From NCBI RefSeq assembly GCF_001194135.2, contig NC_069005.1, positions 16,000,495 to 16,064,494 on the forward strand: 64,000 nt of DNA, written 5' to 3'. The stretch is from Octopus bimaculoides (lineage: Eukaryota). Below the pieces are notes generated by a model. It was not told where the DNA came from and did no database searches. It was given only the letters and a program-made list of their open reading frames with translations. Below are positions 50,942 through 63,995 of this stretch, piece after piece (within the stretch, counting starts at the first letter, position 1; every line of letters starts with the position of its first letter). The translations under genes and the position numbers were made by a program.

Positions 50942-51455
50942 TACATTGTTTTGTCTTGGTATAAAAGATGGGTTACAGCAAATATTCTGCTCAATACCAC
51001 AGATTTGCTTGTCAGTTGTTTGATCTTAACCAGTTGAACAGTCTTTTAGTGGTTGACAATATGTGCATCTCTGATCACGAGCAGAAGTATTGGGGGAGCA
51101 TCATAGCTATGTGTTGAGAGGAATTCTTGGGGTTTGAATAATACACCTCTGGAAACATGGGTGTTTTGTTCAACATCCTTAAACAACCCTCATTCAGGGA
51201 CCTTTTGAGTGGGATGGGCTACTCAACCCGAAGAAAAATTCTAACTGGGCCCCAACTGCAAGGTCATGCACGGTTTATCTTGATATGAGATCACCATGTC
51301 GTGCACATATGGTTGTGATGCATGTGCCTGGTGTACCCGTATCAGACAGGTAGTCATGATGGGTATACTGAGTTTTATATATTTTACCCCAATGTCACTT
51401 TGATAGCATGCAATGCTCTCTCACTCAATAATAATAAATAATAATAATAATAATA
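50942..51455 (+). mobile_element. Non-coding interspersed repeat ending in (AAT)n; adjoining segment at 13262-13345
   Basis: 13262-13345 follows (AAT)n and ends in cattgttttgtc, the same 12-mer that starts this copy. Reads as a non-LTR 3'UTR or SINE; family not established. Confidence 0.55.
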
Positions 51456-52669
51456 TGTCAAATGCTTTGGTGTATGGCTTTTTGTCTACCCTGTGCATTT
51501 TATTCAGCTAAGGCAAGTCCAGAGCCTCAGAGTGGCATCTAAATCTACCAGAAATAACAGCCATAATCACCTTCAACTCACACTATTGTAAAAAAAAAAA
51601 AAAGACATAAGATAATATAGATAAGACATAGATTATATAGATAAGACATTTGTTCCTAAAAGAGACAGGATTGTGACAGCTGGAATGTCTCTGATCAAAG
51701 GTCTGCTTAATCAAGGTTGACCTGGGGTTAAACAACAACATTACTCGTCCCACATTAATTATCATACCTAGTTCCAAGTGTACTTTCTACTTAAGTGTTT
51801 CAATGTCACTGGGTAAAAAAATGAAAAAAGCAAGAGATCAATTTCCCTATCTTCCCCTGTTTTTTTTTTACATTATTTCTGAAATTCCGAGTAAAATTAT
51901 ATACTATTCACTCTTTAATCAGAAGTAATGGAAATTGCCAACCAGATATTAACACTTTCATGACAACAGTGTTCTAATAAATAACACCTACTTCATACTT
52001 CAGAATTAAAAAACAAAAATTTGGTAAGATTTAGTATGTGTGTGTGTGGGNNNNNNNNNNNNNNNNNNNNNNNNNNNNGGGGGGGGTGATCATCATCATC
52101 ATCGTCATTTAACATCTGTTGTCCATGCTGGCATGGGTTGGATGGTATGACCTGGGCTTTGAAGCTGGAAGGCTGCACCAAACTCCAGTCTGATTTGGCA
52201 ATGTTTTCTACAGCTGGATACCCTTCCTAACATCAACCACTCTGAGAGTGTAATGGGTGCTTTTATGCACCACTGGCATGGATGCCATTTGCATGGCACC
52301 AGTATCTGCCATGACTGTGACTTTGCTCAGCTTGATGAATCTTCTCAAGCATAACAATGTCAAAGGTCTCAGTCATTGCCTCTGTGAGGCCCAACACTCA
52401 AAAGGAACTCTGCTACTTTGCCTCTGTGAGGCCCAACACTTGACAGGAACTCAGTCACTTACACACAAGGTGCGATAGGTAAATTGTCACCATTTCATAC
52501 TTTTAATTTAACACATGTGCAGTGTTTGTTTTTGACTTTAATGACTACACAGTAAAGTAGGGTCAGGTGGGCACTGTCTCTGAGAAAAACAGCACCATGA
52601 CAATTCACTCTGCTAGAAATTTGGAAACAATATGCTGTACTGCTTGACATTCATGCCAGAAGCTCCAAT

Positions 52670-53105
52670 ACGAACATGTACTGAGAGTGATAAAAATCAA
52701 ACATCCAGTCAACATCATGATGTTTGGAGTGATCACTAGCGATGGCAACATTAGGTCTCCATTAATTTTCCCACATAGCCTCATCAAGTGCCTGGAAGAG
52801 GTAGTCCTGCTCTGGGTCAAGACAGTGGCTGTTAGAAGACCCTATGTCAAGCAACAGGACTCTGCACCATACCATACAAGCAGGAGAATCCAGTCATGGT
52901 TGTCAGACATCAGCCCTAACATCTGGCCACTTAACTCACCAGACTGAAACCCCCTTATTATTATGTGTGGGGCACAGTTGAGCAAGAAACCAATAAAACT
53001 CCTTGTAACACCAAAGATGAACTGAAGGCAAGGACTATGGCAGCATTCCAGAAAAGTTGCAGGAAGGCCGTGGTCAAATCCAATGGCAATTTTATTGAAT
53101 AAATT
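52670..53105 (+). mobile_element. Degenerate DD37D-type transposase 3' half
   Basis: KHPVNIMMFGVITSDG…RPYVKQQDSAPYH…ISPNIWPLNSPD*NP; a paralogue of 5388-6060. Confidence 0.8.
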
Positions 53106-53709
53106 TACTCTTCAGTATTTCAAGATACTTTTATGTAATTTTGCTAAATACATGTGTCAACAAAATGAAAACAAGACTTACATATAAGTGCCAAGATTTA
53201 TATGATCAATTGAGCACTTGTAAGAAGTACTCCACCATGGCCACAGTCCAATGAATGAAACCAGTAAAAGAGCATGAACATTAAAATAGATTGAATGGGT
53301 ATATGTGTGCATGAGGCGAAGAGGAGAGAGAAGAGGATGAGAGAAGGTAATAAGATGGTGTGAGAATGTGATGAGAGAAGAGGATAAGAGAAGTGGAGGA
53401 GAAAAGGCGAGAAAAGGGGATAAGAGGAGAGGAGAAGGAGAGAGAAGAGGAGAGAGAAGAAGAGATTCATCAAAGTTCACTTTTTATTTATATTTTTACT
53501 TATGTTTGCTTCTTAGACTTCATTCCAGAGTGAAACAAATTTTAAAATCCTCCTAAGCTTAAAGGAAATTACATTTTCATGACATAAAATAATGTAAATA
53601 AGACATTCTTAAAAGAGACAGGACGGTGACAGCTGGAGTTCCTCTGATCACAGGACTGTTCAATCAATACTGACCTGGGGTTAAACAGCAACATTACTTG
53701 TTATACATT

Positions 53710-54530
53710 CATCATCATAAAGGTGACAAGCTGGAAGAATTGCTAGCAAGCTGAGAAAAATGCTTAGCAGCATTTCATCATTCTTTATGTTCTGATGGGA
53801 TCAATGTAATCAACTAACCCTGCCCCTGAAATTGCTGGCTTTGAGCCAAAATTTGAAATCATCATCCCCATCATAAAGGTGGCAGGCTGGCAGAATCATG
53901 AGAGCACACTGGACAAAATAATTAGCAGCATTTTGTCCGTCTTTACATTCTGAGTTCAAATACCACCAAGGTAGACTTTACCTTTCGTACTTTAGAGGTC
54001 GATAAAATAGGTACCAGTTGATCACCCAGTTGAACCCTGCTCTCAAAATTGCTGGCTTTGTGCCAAAATTTGGCATCATTATCATCATTATAAAGGTGGT
54101 AAGCTGACAAAATCATTAGACAAAATGCTTAGCAGCCTGTCATCTGTCTTTGCATTCTGAGTTCAAATTCCGCTAGGTCGACTTTACCTTTCATATTTTA
54201 AGGGTTGATAAAATAAGTACCAGTTGAGCACTGGGGTCAATGCGATTGACTTACCCCTACCCCCAAAAAATTGATGGCCTTGTACCAAAATTTGACACCA
54301 ATATCATCATCATAACAGCAAGCTGGCAGAATCATTACCATGCCAGGAAAAAATGCTTAGCACCACTTCATCTGTCTTTACATTCTGAATTCAAATTCCA
54401 CTAAGGTCAAATTTACTTTTAGTCCTTTAGGGGTCGATAGAACAAGTACCAGATGATCACTGGATTAATGTAATCAACTTGCCTCCACCACCAAAATTGC
54501 TGGCTTTATGCCAAAATTTGAAATCATTAC
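53710..54530 (+). repeat. Head-to-tail array of four family-3 SINEs with (ATC)n linkers
   Basis: Copies start at about 53722, 53878, 54095 and 54316; each ends near ccaaaatttg(a/g) followed by catcat. Confidence 0.85.
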
Positions 54531-54819
54531 CATCATCCTCATTTAACATCCATGTTCCATGCTGGCATGAGTTGGATAGTTTGAAATGATCCGATGGACA
54601 AAAAGAGAAATACGTACACACACCAACATATATGTGCACACTCACATATATAGACATACAAATGCATACACACAGACATACATACAAATGCATACACACA
54701 CACAAGTATGTATATGTCTGTCTGTCCTCATATTGATGTTTATGCCTTGAAACTTTGACATGGTTTCTATGGCTGGATGTTCTTCTAATAGCAACCACTT
54801 CACAGTGTAGACTGAGTGC

Positions 54820-55050
54820 TTTACCTGTCCAAAACGTTTTCATAAGTTTGTCCTAAATGTGCATGTTTGTTTTCAAGCTTTTAGCTTGCCCTTGTTTCAT
54901 ACATTCTGTATCGTATAAAGCTATCCTTTCATAATTCTCCAAATTACTCTGGTGACTGAAAAATTGGGAATGTGTAACATATATGATGCATGAACACTGG
55001 GGAAACATGCCCTATGTATCATATGTGATACACAGAATAGGAAAGGGTTA
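54820..55050 (+). mobile_element. Second piggyBac-type MITE family; another copy at 61597-61818
   Basis: Shared body (ttttcataagttt…ttactctggtg…atgatgcatgaa); ends in aaagggTTAA. Confidence 0.6.
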
Positions 55051-56067
55051 AATGAATATTTTATGGCACTGGCATGGGTACTTTTAACATGGCACTTCTA
55101 TGTGGCACCAGTATGCACAGGTGCTTTTTACATGATATCAGCACCAGTGCTATGACATGTCACCAGCATGGGTGCTTACAATGTGACACCAGCATGGGCG
55201 TTTTTTACATGTCACTGGCACAGGATGCTTTTTATATGGTTAATAGATTTTAATATTATCTAAACCTTTAGCATTCAAACCGGCTATATCCGGCCAAAAT
55301 ATTCTATTTTATGTTCAATCTATCTAGATCAGGCCTCCCCCACCTACCCTATAATGTCCTTCTAAAACTAAACAATCACATCATCAGAATCTCAAAGCTA
55401 CAAAATAATGCATGATTAATTTTAAAAAATTTGAATAAATAAGCATTACATTTGACAGAATAATTTGAATGCTAAAGGGTTAAAGCCTTCTCAATGAGAA
55501 ACAACCTGTGTAATGAGTCTAAAACTAATACTGGGTCATTCACAGCTAATCCACAAAAAGATGATAGAAACTGAATTTATTACTCCCTTTTCACAAACAG
55601 TAGTAGATGACTCTTATTTAGTGGTTGCAGAGTTACTGTCATTTAACACATTTTGACTTCAGTATTGATAGAACATAATAGAACTACATATGAATGAAAG
55701 AACCAACTTTTCTCTGTACCAATAATATAGATTGTGAAGTTCAGCAAACAAGAATACAGCTAAACTGTGATGATGTAGAGATGAAGATGTTACAATTTGT
55801 ATCAAAACAACAATATGAAAAAAACTGGGATATAAATAATATAAATAAATAAAGTTTTCCAACCATGCTGGCAATAAACTAATTAATGTAAAAACAAAAA
55901 TGAAAACTGGAAACAAAAAATAAAAACAAATTCAAAAATTCAGTTGTAACCTGAAGCAGAAATGTCAACCCAATTGAAACAGACAGTTGAAATTTGCTAT
56001 TATATACACATGTATGAAGTTTGAGGATGGGTTTTTTTTTTAAAAGTGTTTAACTCAATCTAGATGG

Positions 56068-56161
<94 letters not shown>

Positions 56162-56367
56162 TTGTTTTATTCTGTTACTTGTTTCAGTCATTTGACTGCA
56201 GCCATGCTGGAGCACCGCTGTTAGTTGAGCAAATTGCCCCTATTCTTTGTAAGCCTAGTTCTTATTCTATCGGTCTCTTTTGCAGAACTGCTAAGTTACA
56301 GGGACGTAAATACATCAGCATCGGTTGTCAAGTGATGTTGGGGTGACAAATACAGGCATACAAACAT

Positions 56368-56398
<31 letters not shown>

Positions 56399-57049
56399 CA
56401 ATGGGCTTCTTTCAGTTTCTATCTGCCAAATCCACTCACAAGGCTTTGGTCGGTATGAGGCTATAGTAGAAGACACTTGGCCAAGGTGCCAAGCAGTGAA
56501 ACTGAAGCCGGAACTATGTGGTTGGTAAAGCAAGCTATTAACCACACAGCCATCCCTGTGCCTATAGCCACTCTATGCCTATATATAAAGTAAACAACAG
56601 GTTGTATGGTGCGCTGCATTGATAAATAAAAGGTAGGCCAAAAAGAACATAACAAGCAGAATTAAACAAAACGCAAGTGGGAAAATAGATGATAACATAA
56701 CAAAGGGGACAGAAACAAGATACACAGACCATTCGCATCAAATTTCGTCATCAGTTGGTTTCTGGAAATTCAGTATATATATATACACTCACACATACAT
56801 ATATAAATATACATATCTATACACACACACATACACACACATTTATTTGGTTTGCGAGATTCTTGATGTAAATTTGTTTGTTGAAACAAATTTTGTGTCT
56901 TGGGAGAGTCATTATGCCAATAACAACAGATGCACAATTTCAGTTCCACTTCCCCGCTTGTTCCAAAGTGTGAGCAGACTTTACAGACCTACAATTATTG
57001 ATGTAATCACTCTTCCAAGACACAACAAATTAAATTAATATATACGTAC

Positions 57050-57089
<40 letters not shown>

Positions 57090-58143
57090 GTATATATATA
57101 TGTATGTATGTATGTATGTATAATCTGCGATTTGAATAGCATCATTATTTACTTGTTCAATTATTCTATTTGTCAAGTTGCCATGAGCAGCAGTGGTTAG
57201 GCTTTATAAAATAATGTCTAAATATCTACTCTACCACACTGGCTCAACTTGGCTTGGCTGAGGAGTGCAGTTTTTATACTCACACCCAGGAGTAGTTAAG
57301 TCAATTGCATCAACCCCCAATGTTGAACTGGTACTTATTTTATCAACCCCCAAAAGGATGAAAGGTAAAGTCAGACTTAGTAGAAGTTGAACTCAGAACG
57401 TAAGGACAGATGAAATACTGCTAAGCATTTTGCCTGGCATGCTTGATGAAGACTGATTTGGGACTTAAAGAGCTACCAGCTTTAGCAATAATGACCTTAA
57501 AGTAGAAACTGCTGTATGAAGTATGTTATTAAGTAGCAAGTACGATACCTGATCAATTCTAATTGATTAGGAAGTATATTGCTGTTAAAATCAATTTGTG
57601 GTCATTCTCCTTGTAAAGAGATTACTGAACGGTAATTGGTGGTTAGAACTGTTCAGAAATGGTTTTTTTGCTCACATGACTGACGTTGCTCACTCACTCA
57701 AAATGATTTCTTCATGTTACAGGAAATGAATAATTAATTTTGGGGGGGAGGGAAGGGGGGGGGAGGTTAATTCAAAAGGTGATACTGAAGTATCACCTTC
57801 TGAAAAGTAAAGTCATGCAAGGAATAAAATAGACATTATTGACAGGAATGCAAATGCAACCAGATACAAAGATTCACATTTTATGGCAATGTGAAACGAC
57901 CAGAAATAAATTCTATAAGTAATCAAAAGGAATAATCAGGTATCAAATTGTATCACCATCATCATTTAATGTCTGTCTTCCATGCTGACAGTTTGATGTG
58001 ATCCAACAAGTCAGAGAACTGTGTCAAGTTCTGATACCTAATTTGGAATAATTTCTATGACTGGATGTCCTTCCTAATATCAACCACTTTGTAGAATATA
58101 CTGAGTGCTTTTTGCATGACATCAGCACCAGTAACTTGGTATA

Positions 58144-58485
58144 GGGGGTTCCTATAAGGTTGTTATCCACCCCTGATTGGAACTCTCCCGTATGACATGT
58201 ACGCATGCTCAGTGACTTGCTTTAACTTCCGCAGACGACTCATCCAAAGAAATCAAGCAAAGTGTTCCCAGCATTTCGTCAATTTTAATGGACTATTTGC
58301 ATTCAAATAATAAATACATTGAAATTGTTGTTAATGTTCTGAATGAATGTGGGAATTTCGAGTAAGCCTAGCTATGATATGTTTCTTTATATATATATGT
58401 ATATATATATTAATAAGGGTAGAAATTGATATTAATCAATTAGAACCAGTGGTCTAGCATATTAAAAAAATCCGAAGATTAAAAT

Positions 58486-58524
<39 letters not shown>

Positions 58525-58932
58525 TTGTTTGATTAAATAATAAATTTACAGCATTGAATCTAATATTCCTCTAATTATTAGACTTTATAGTCTGACTGTC
58601 CTACCTCTTCTACACCTCANNNNNNNNNNNNNNNNCGATACTTCAGACTTATCATCTGATGAATTTACTTTGTTGACATTCTTCATCGACAGAATTTTTA
58701 TACCTTTCAACCTTTCAATCAAGTCCGCCTTTCTTCCAGTAACATACTGTCCATATAATCTTAAATATTTCTTTAACTCAGGCACAGTAAGTACTTCGAT
58801 AGCTGAATCATCGAGCTGCTTTATATCCATGATAAGACGTAAAACAATAACAATAGCGTAGATAGTCTGCGGAAGTTTGTCTACATGGAGCGCCGCCTAG
58901 CCAAGGGAGATAACCTACTTATAGGAAAGCCC
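58144..58932 (-). mobile_element. TIR element with TATA duplication encoding a SAP-domain ORF fragment
   Basis: TATA|GGGGGTTCCTATAAG…CTTATAGGAAAGCCC|TATA; subterminal inverted AACTTCCGCAGAC; ORF from 58830: LTVPELKKYLRLYGQYVTGRKADLIERL (SAP motif). Confidence 0.75.
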
Positions 58933-59410
58933 TATAGTGACATGGGCCCTTGATGCAGAGTACATGCAAAGACTAAAAAGAAATGAAACTAGTAGGCTCT
59001 GTTGGATGGATATCAGTGTGCCTTTATGACATCCCATCACCACCATCTTTGCACATCCACTAGAGCATACTGACTTCATTCCATTCTAGTCTCTGCATTC
59101 AAGGCCTATGTTGGAATATTTTCTTTGCAGATAGGATCAGACTCATGTCAAAGAATAATGACCTACTTATAGAACCATCCTGGGAAAATAGTCTGTAGTT
59201 CTTATGTTCTACGTGGAAACCTCACAGCAAGAAACCCACTCTCCCGACATTCCAGAGACCATCATCTACATCCTCTCGCAGTTTCTGTCATGTGATGTTA
59301 ACAATGTCTACCAAGGGAGGTAACTCCCTATCTCTAAAAGCACATAGAACATCTCAGAATATTACGTTTCACTACAATATAGCATTGTTGTTTGCACACA
59401 TGCATCATAT

Positions 59411-59441
<31 letters not shown>

Positions 59442-62160
59442 AATGCTTACAACCAAACTTATTTCCAATCATTAGGAAAAGAGAGTTCTTTTATGAGTAA
59501 TTGTCATGGTTTTCTCTTGGGTTTCCAACAAGAAGCATTTAGAATTTATTTCAAATTTCATCCTTTCACAAACTACTGAGGTTTTGCTGAGCTTTTCTGT
59601 GGCACTGAGCAGACCAAAGAGAAAACTTACATTTAGCCATTACATTTATATAATTTGGTTGACAGAAACTGTGCAGAAACCTGTCATATATGTGTATGCC
59701 TGTGAGTGCAATTGTGTGTGGCGACCACCATCAGTTTGTTTATGTCCCTGTAACTTAACAGTTTGGCAAAAAGTGACTAATACAATAAGTACCTGACGTA
59801 AAAAAATTATTAAGGTTGATTTCTTTGGCTAAACATTTCAAGGCAGTGTCCAAGTATGGCCACAGTCCAGTGACCAAAACAAATAAAATATGTAAAGGAA
59901 TTACCTGTGGAAGCCCATAGCTTAGTGGTTAGGACATTTAGCTCATGGCTGTAAGGTTGTGGTTTTGATTCCTGGACCAGATAATGCCTTGTGTTCTTGA
60001 GAAAAGCACTTTGCTTCATGTTACTCCAGTCCACTTGGCTAGCAAACAGAGTAATCCTGTGATGGACTGGCATCTTGTCCAGGGAGGAACATATACACCA
60101 GAGAAACTAGGACACTGACCTTATGCTCCTTACAGAATGATGTGGACTAACTGATTACCTGACAAGCTAAAGAAAGTTAAAATCATTGGAGCAGTCATTT
60201 TTATTATACCTCCAAAATTACGTAATGCTAAATAATGATACCACTGGAACTGATGGATTGGGAGTTTCAGTCACAACTAAGTAAATAACCACATGGTATG
60301 CGAATAGTAATCAAATACACACTGATTGATATGCTGTGGCATTACAATCAAATAAACAATAAATATACTGGTTTCAAATTTTGGCACAAGGCCAGCAATT
60401 TTAGGGAGGGAATAAGTCAATTACATCAACCCCAGTGTTCAACTGGTACTTATTTTATCAACCCTAAAAGGATGAAAGATAAAGTCAACCATGGCAGAAT
60501 TTAGACTCAGAACATATGTAAAAATGGACAAAATGCCGCTAAGCATTTTTTCCGGCATGCTAATTATTCTGCCAGTTTGCTGCCTTCAAACAAGAGATGC
60601 AAAAGGATGCTGTAAAGTTCCTGGCTTTTGGTAAAAGAAAATACAGGAAAATCAGAATTATGATTTTATTCAACATATTCTCCTCTCAGATTCACACACT
60701 TATTGCAGCAGTCCGTCAGTTTTTCTTAGCCCTTAAAAGAACTCAGAAGGTTGGGCCTCTAACTAGGCCTTTTACAATACCCTAAAAACTAAAAACATAT
60801 TAATATGTTAGCAGTCAGTCAGACAGGAGTAGATAAGCTTTGATGTGTAATTAACAGTCAATTAGGATCAACAAACTACAGTGTAGGGGGTCAAATCCAA
60901 CACATCAACTGTACTGAATATGTAATATCACATAAAATCTTTGTTTTCCTTATTAATCTTTGAAGTGGACTGGAACAATGTAAAATGAAGTATTTTGCTC
61001 AAGAACACAACACACCACCAGGTGTGGGAAATGAAACCACAATCTTGTGATTGTGAAAGCAACACAGGTAGATATTCAGGAAAATGACAGTAGTTAATTA
61101 GACACTGATAGATAATCTAAGATGTTAGTAGTTAATTAGACACAAGTAGGTGTACTATGTCAGCAGCCAGATACTGTTAGGAATGCTATGATAGTAATTA
61201 ATTCTTTCTAATTTTGGAACAAGGCCTGAACCTTTGAGGAGAGGGAGAAGTCAATTACATCAACCCCAGCACTTGATGAGTACTTTTTTATCAACACCAG
61301 TACTCGACTGTTACTTATTTTATCAACCCCCAAAAGATGAAAGGTAATGTTGACCTTAGCAAAATTTGAACTCAGAACATATAGAGCCAGAAGATATGCA
61401 GCTAAACATTTTGTCTGGTGCTCCAATGAATCTGCCAGCTTGTACACACATACAGCTATTCTATATATTAGTAGTTAACTAGGCACTGGTAGATATGCTA
61501 GTAAATTAAACACTAGTAGATACAGAAAAAAAAAAATAATATCCACTAAACTCACCAATACACTCCAACCACTCTTCCAAAGATGTTATATATCTTAACC
61601 GTTTGCCCATTCAAAGCATTTTCATAAGTTTATCTTAAGCGTCCATGCTTGTTTTCAGACTTTTACTTAGCCCTTGTTAGCCTGAGTAATATAAATCTTT
61701 CCTTTCATAAGACCCAAGTTACTCTGGTGGTTGAAAACAAAATTTAGAATGTCTGTCATGTATGATGCATGAAAAGCAGGTAAATATGTCCTGAGTGTCA
61801 CAGGCAAAAGGTTGTTAACTAAATTTTTCTACCATTATGATAATAACCTCTGATCCTTGGAACTGATTAGTTTCATGCCACCTCCATCCATGACCACCTG
61901 ATTCACTAATCTCTCAGCATCCTCAGCCCTTAAACTACCACTATTTATAATCCCCTCTCTCTAGAACATCTTCCATTTGGAAGGTCTTCCATGTCCATGT
62001 TATTCTTGCAGTTGCAGAAACAGTTTTATTGATTTTAATGGCCTTGAAGGGTCTGTTAAGATTATGGACACAACACATTATATAGGAAACTTAACACAAC
62101 ATATCACAGTGCACTCCAAAGCAGCAAAGTACAAAAATAGGACATAAAAATTTAACTTAC

Positions 62161-62280
62161 CAATGATTCATTTTCATTCTTCAGAAGCATGGTTTTCCTT
62201 TCAAGTTTGAGAACCTGAGACTGAAGTTCCCCTACCTTCTTCTGTAGGGGTTTCTCCTTCTCTTCAAAAAGCCTTTTGTT
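62161..62280 (-). CDS. RIMBP2: RIM-binding protein (RIMBP2/TSPOAP1 family) coding exon A, coiled coil
   Basis: Acceptor ttttattatttag| and donor TTG|GTAAGT; 120 nt, phase 0/0; NKRLFEEKEKPLQKKVGELQSQVLKLERKTMLLKNENESL. The end (LKNENESL) plus exon B matches the recalled TSPOAP1 segment LKEENQML-RK...EEKVRRLKRKNAEL. Confidence 0.8.
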
Positions 62281-62464
62281 CTAAATAATAAAAAAAAAAG
62301 ACAAAAAAAAAGCAATTAAATTAAAGTTTAAAATTATTATTTTAGAGAAGATGAACAAAGCTGGACATTCAGATAGTAACAAAGGAAAAGATCTTTCTTT
62401 TAAGGTTTATTAGATTGGTACAATTTTATATTTGCTGAGATGAGGATTTTATATTATGTCTGCT

Positions 62465-62598
62465 GTCCTCCTCATCTTGGTTGTTGCTTTCATAACATTT
62501 TGGCTGCTGTATGCTCCAGCCTCCTTCAAACACCTGAACAAGGTTGGAGCATACAACAGCCAAAACATATTGAAAGCATCAATCAAGATGAGGAGGAC
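62465..62598. repeat. ~64-bp-arm palindrome formed from two HHR-bearing pLTR segments
   Basis: 62465-62528 is the imperfect reverse complement of 62535-62598 with a 6-nt loop; each arm resembles 10454-10520. Confidence 0.85.
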
Positions 62599-62673
62599 TC
62601 TAGTCCGACTAATATAAACAGTAGACATTTTATGAGAAAGAGACCTCGATATTATGCAAATAGAGGAATTTAT

Positions 62674-63300
62674 CTGTAAAAATATGTGACACTTATTCAG
62701 TAGCCATGATAAAACTCCGAGTTTCGGATGCCAGGGTGGGAGCCCACGCCAACATCTCTTCAGTTATCCGGCCAATTGAAAATTCCTGAGAAAAATGACC
62801 GTTAAAAACAATGGGAAATTACTGTGTAGTGACAAGGTCAAAACGCGTCTAAAACTGCGTATATTATTGCATGCACGCATATATCCATATACACACACAC
62901 ATATCTCTATATACGCATGCATCCACGTGCACACACACAAGCGCACACATATAAAGTTCCCTGTACGTGTCTATAGGCGTATAGGAAAAAACAGGGTGGA
63001 GGGGAGAAAACAGAAAAATATGTGTAGAAAAAATACAAAAACATTAACCCTATAATTATATAAAAAACAAAAATAATTAAAAATATTAAAAAATATAAAA
63101 TCCAAGTAAAAAAGGTGAAAAACTTATACATAGACACAATATAGAAACCTATCAGTACAGTCCCATCAGCAGGTCCTATCAGTAAAAATATTAAAACATA
63201 GGCCAGATAACTGAAGAGATATTGGCAGGGGCTCCCACCCTGGCATCTGAAACTCAGAATTTTATCATGGCTACTGAATAAGTGTCACATATTTTTACAG
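62674..63300 (+). mobile_element. Non-autonomous element with ~100-bp TIRs
   Basis: CTGTAAAAATATGTGACACTTATTCAGTAGCCATGATAAAA…TTTTATCATGGCTACTGAATAAGTGTCACATATTTTTACAG; no clear TSD. Confidence 0.88.
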
Positions 63301-63995
63301 CTTTTCTACAGAGTCCCATAAATTATTGTTCAAAATATTTTGGTACATCTTTACATTCATTCTACCATCTATCACATGTAAATTGCCAGTGCCATTTGCA
63401 GAGAACACCCCTACACAATGCTGTTGCCACCTCCAAACTTTACAGTAGGAATTATGTTTTTCGGCGAATAGGTGGTACCATCTTTCCTCCAAACATGGCT
63501 ACGCGAATTTCGTCCAAACAATTCAATTTCCAACTTGTCTGTCCAAAGAACATTTTCCCAGAATGTATCAGATTCATCTTTATGTTCATAAACAAATTTT
63601 AAACAGGCATCTCTATGCCTTTTAGTCAACAGTGGAGTTTTTCTAGGAGAGCATGACTTCAGTTCATTCTTATGAAGTTCATTGCTGATTGTTCATAGTG
63701 TAACACTAGTCCCTGAAGCTAACAAATCTTCTTGCAACTCCTTTTTGGTGATCATTGCGTTTTTTTCGATACTTCACTTCATTTTTCTTAAAGATCTAGG
63801 GGAAATCTTGCGTAGTGCACCATATCTTATTCTGTTTTCAACAGTTCCCAATTTTTTATATCTTTGAATAAATGAAGACATGGTAGAAAATGGAATACAA
63901 AGGGTCTCTGATATTTTCCTGTAACTTTTACCTGCTTTCCACTGTTCAATAATTAAGTTTTTCACTGAATTTGTGAGTTCTTTACTTTTCGCCAT
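63301..63995 (-). mobile_element. Tc1 transposase pseudogene, 5' two-thirds, truncated by the TIR element
   Basis: MAKSKELT…GKSYRKIS…KTPLLTKRHRDACLKF…FWENVLWTD…IELFG…PTVKFGGG…LHVIDGRMN…YQNIL. Confidence 0.92.
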
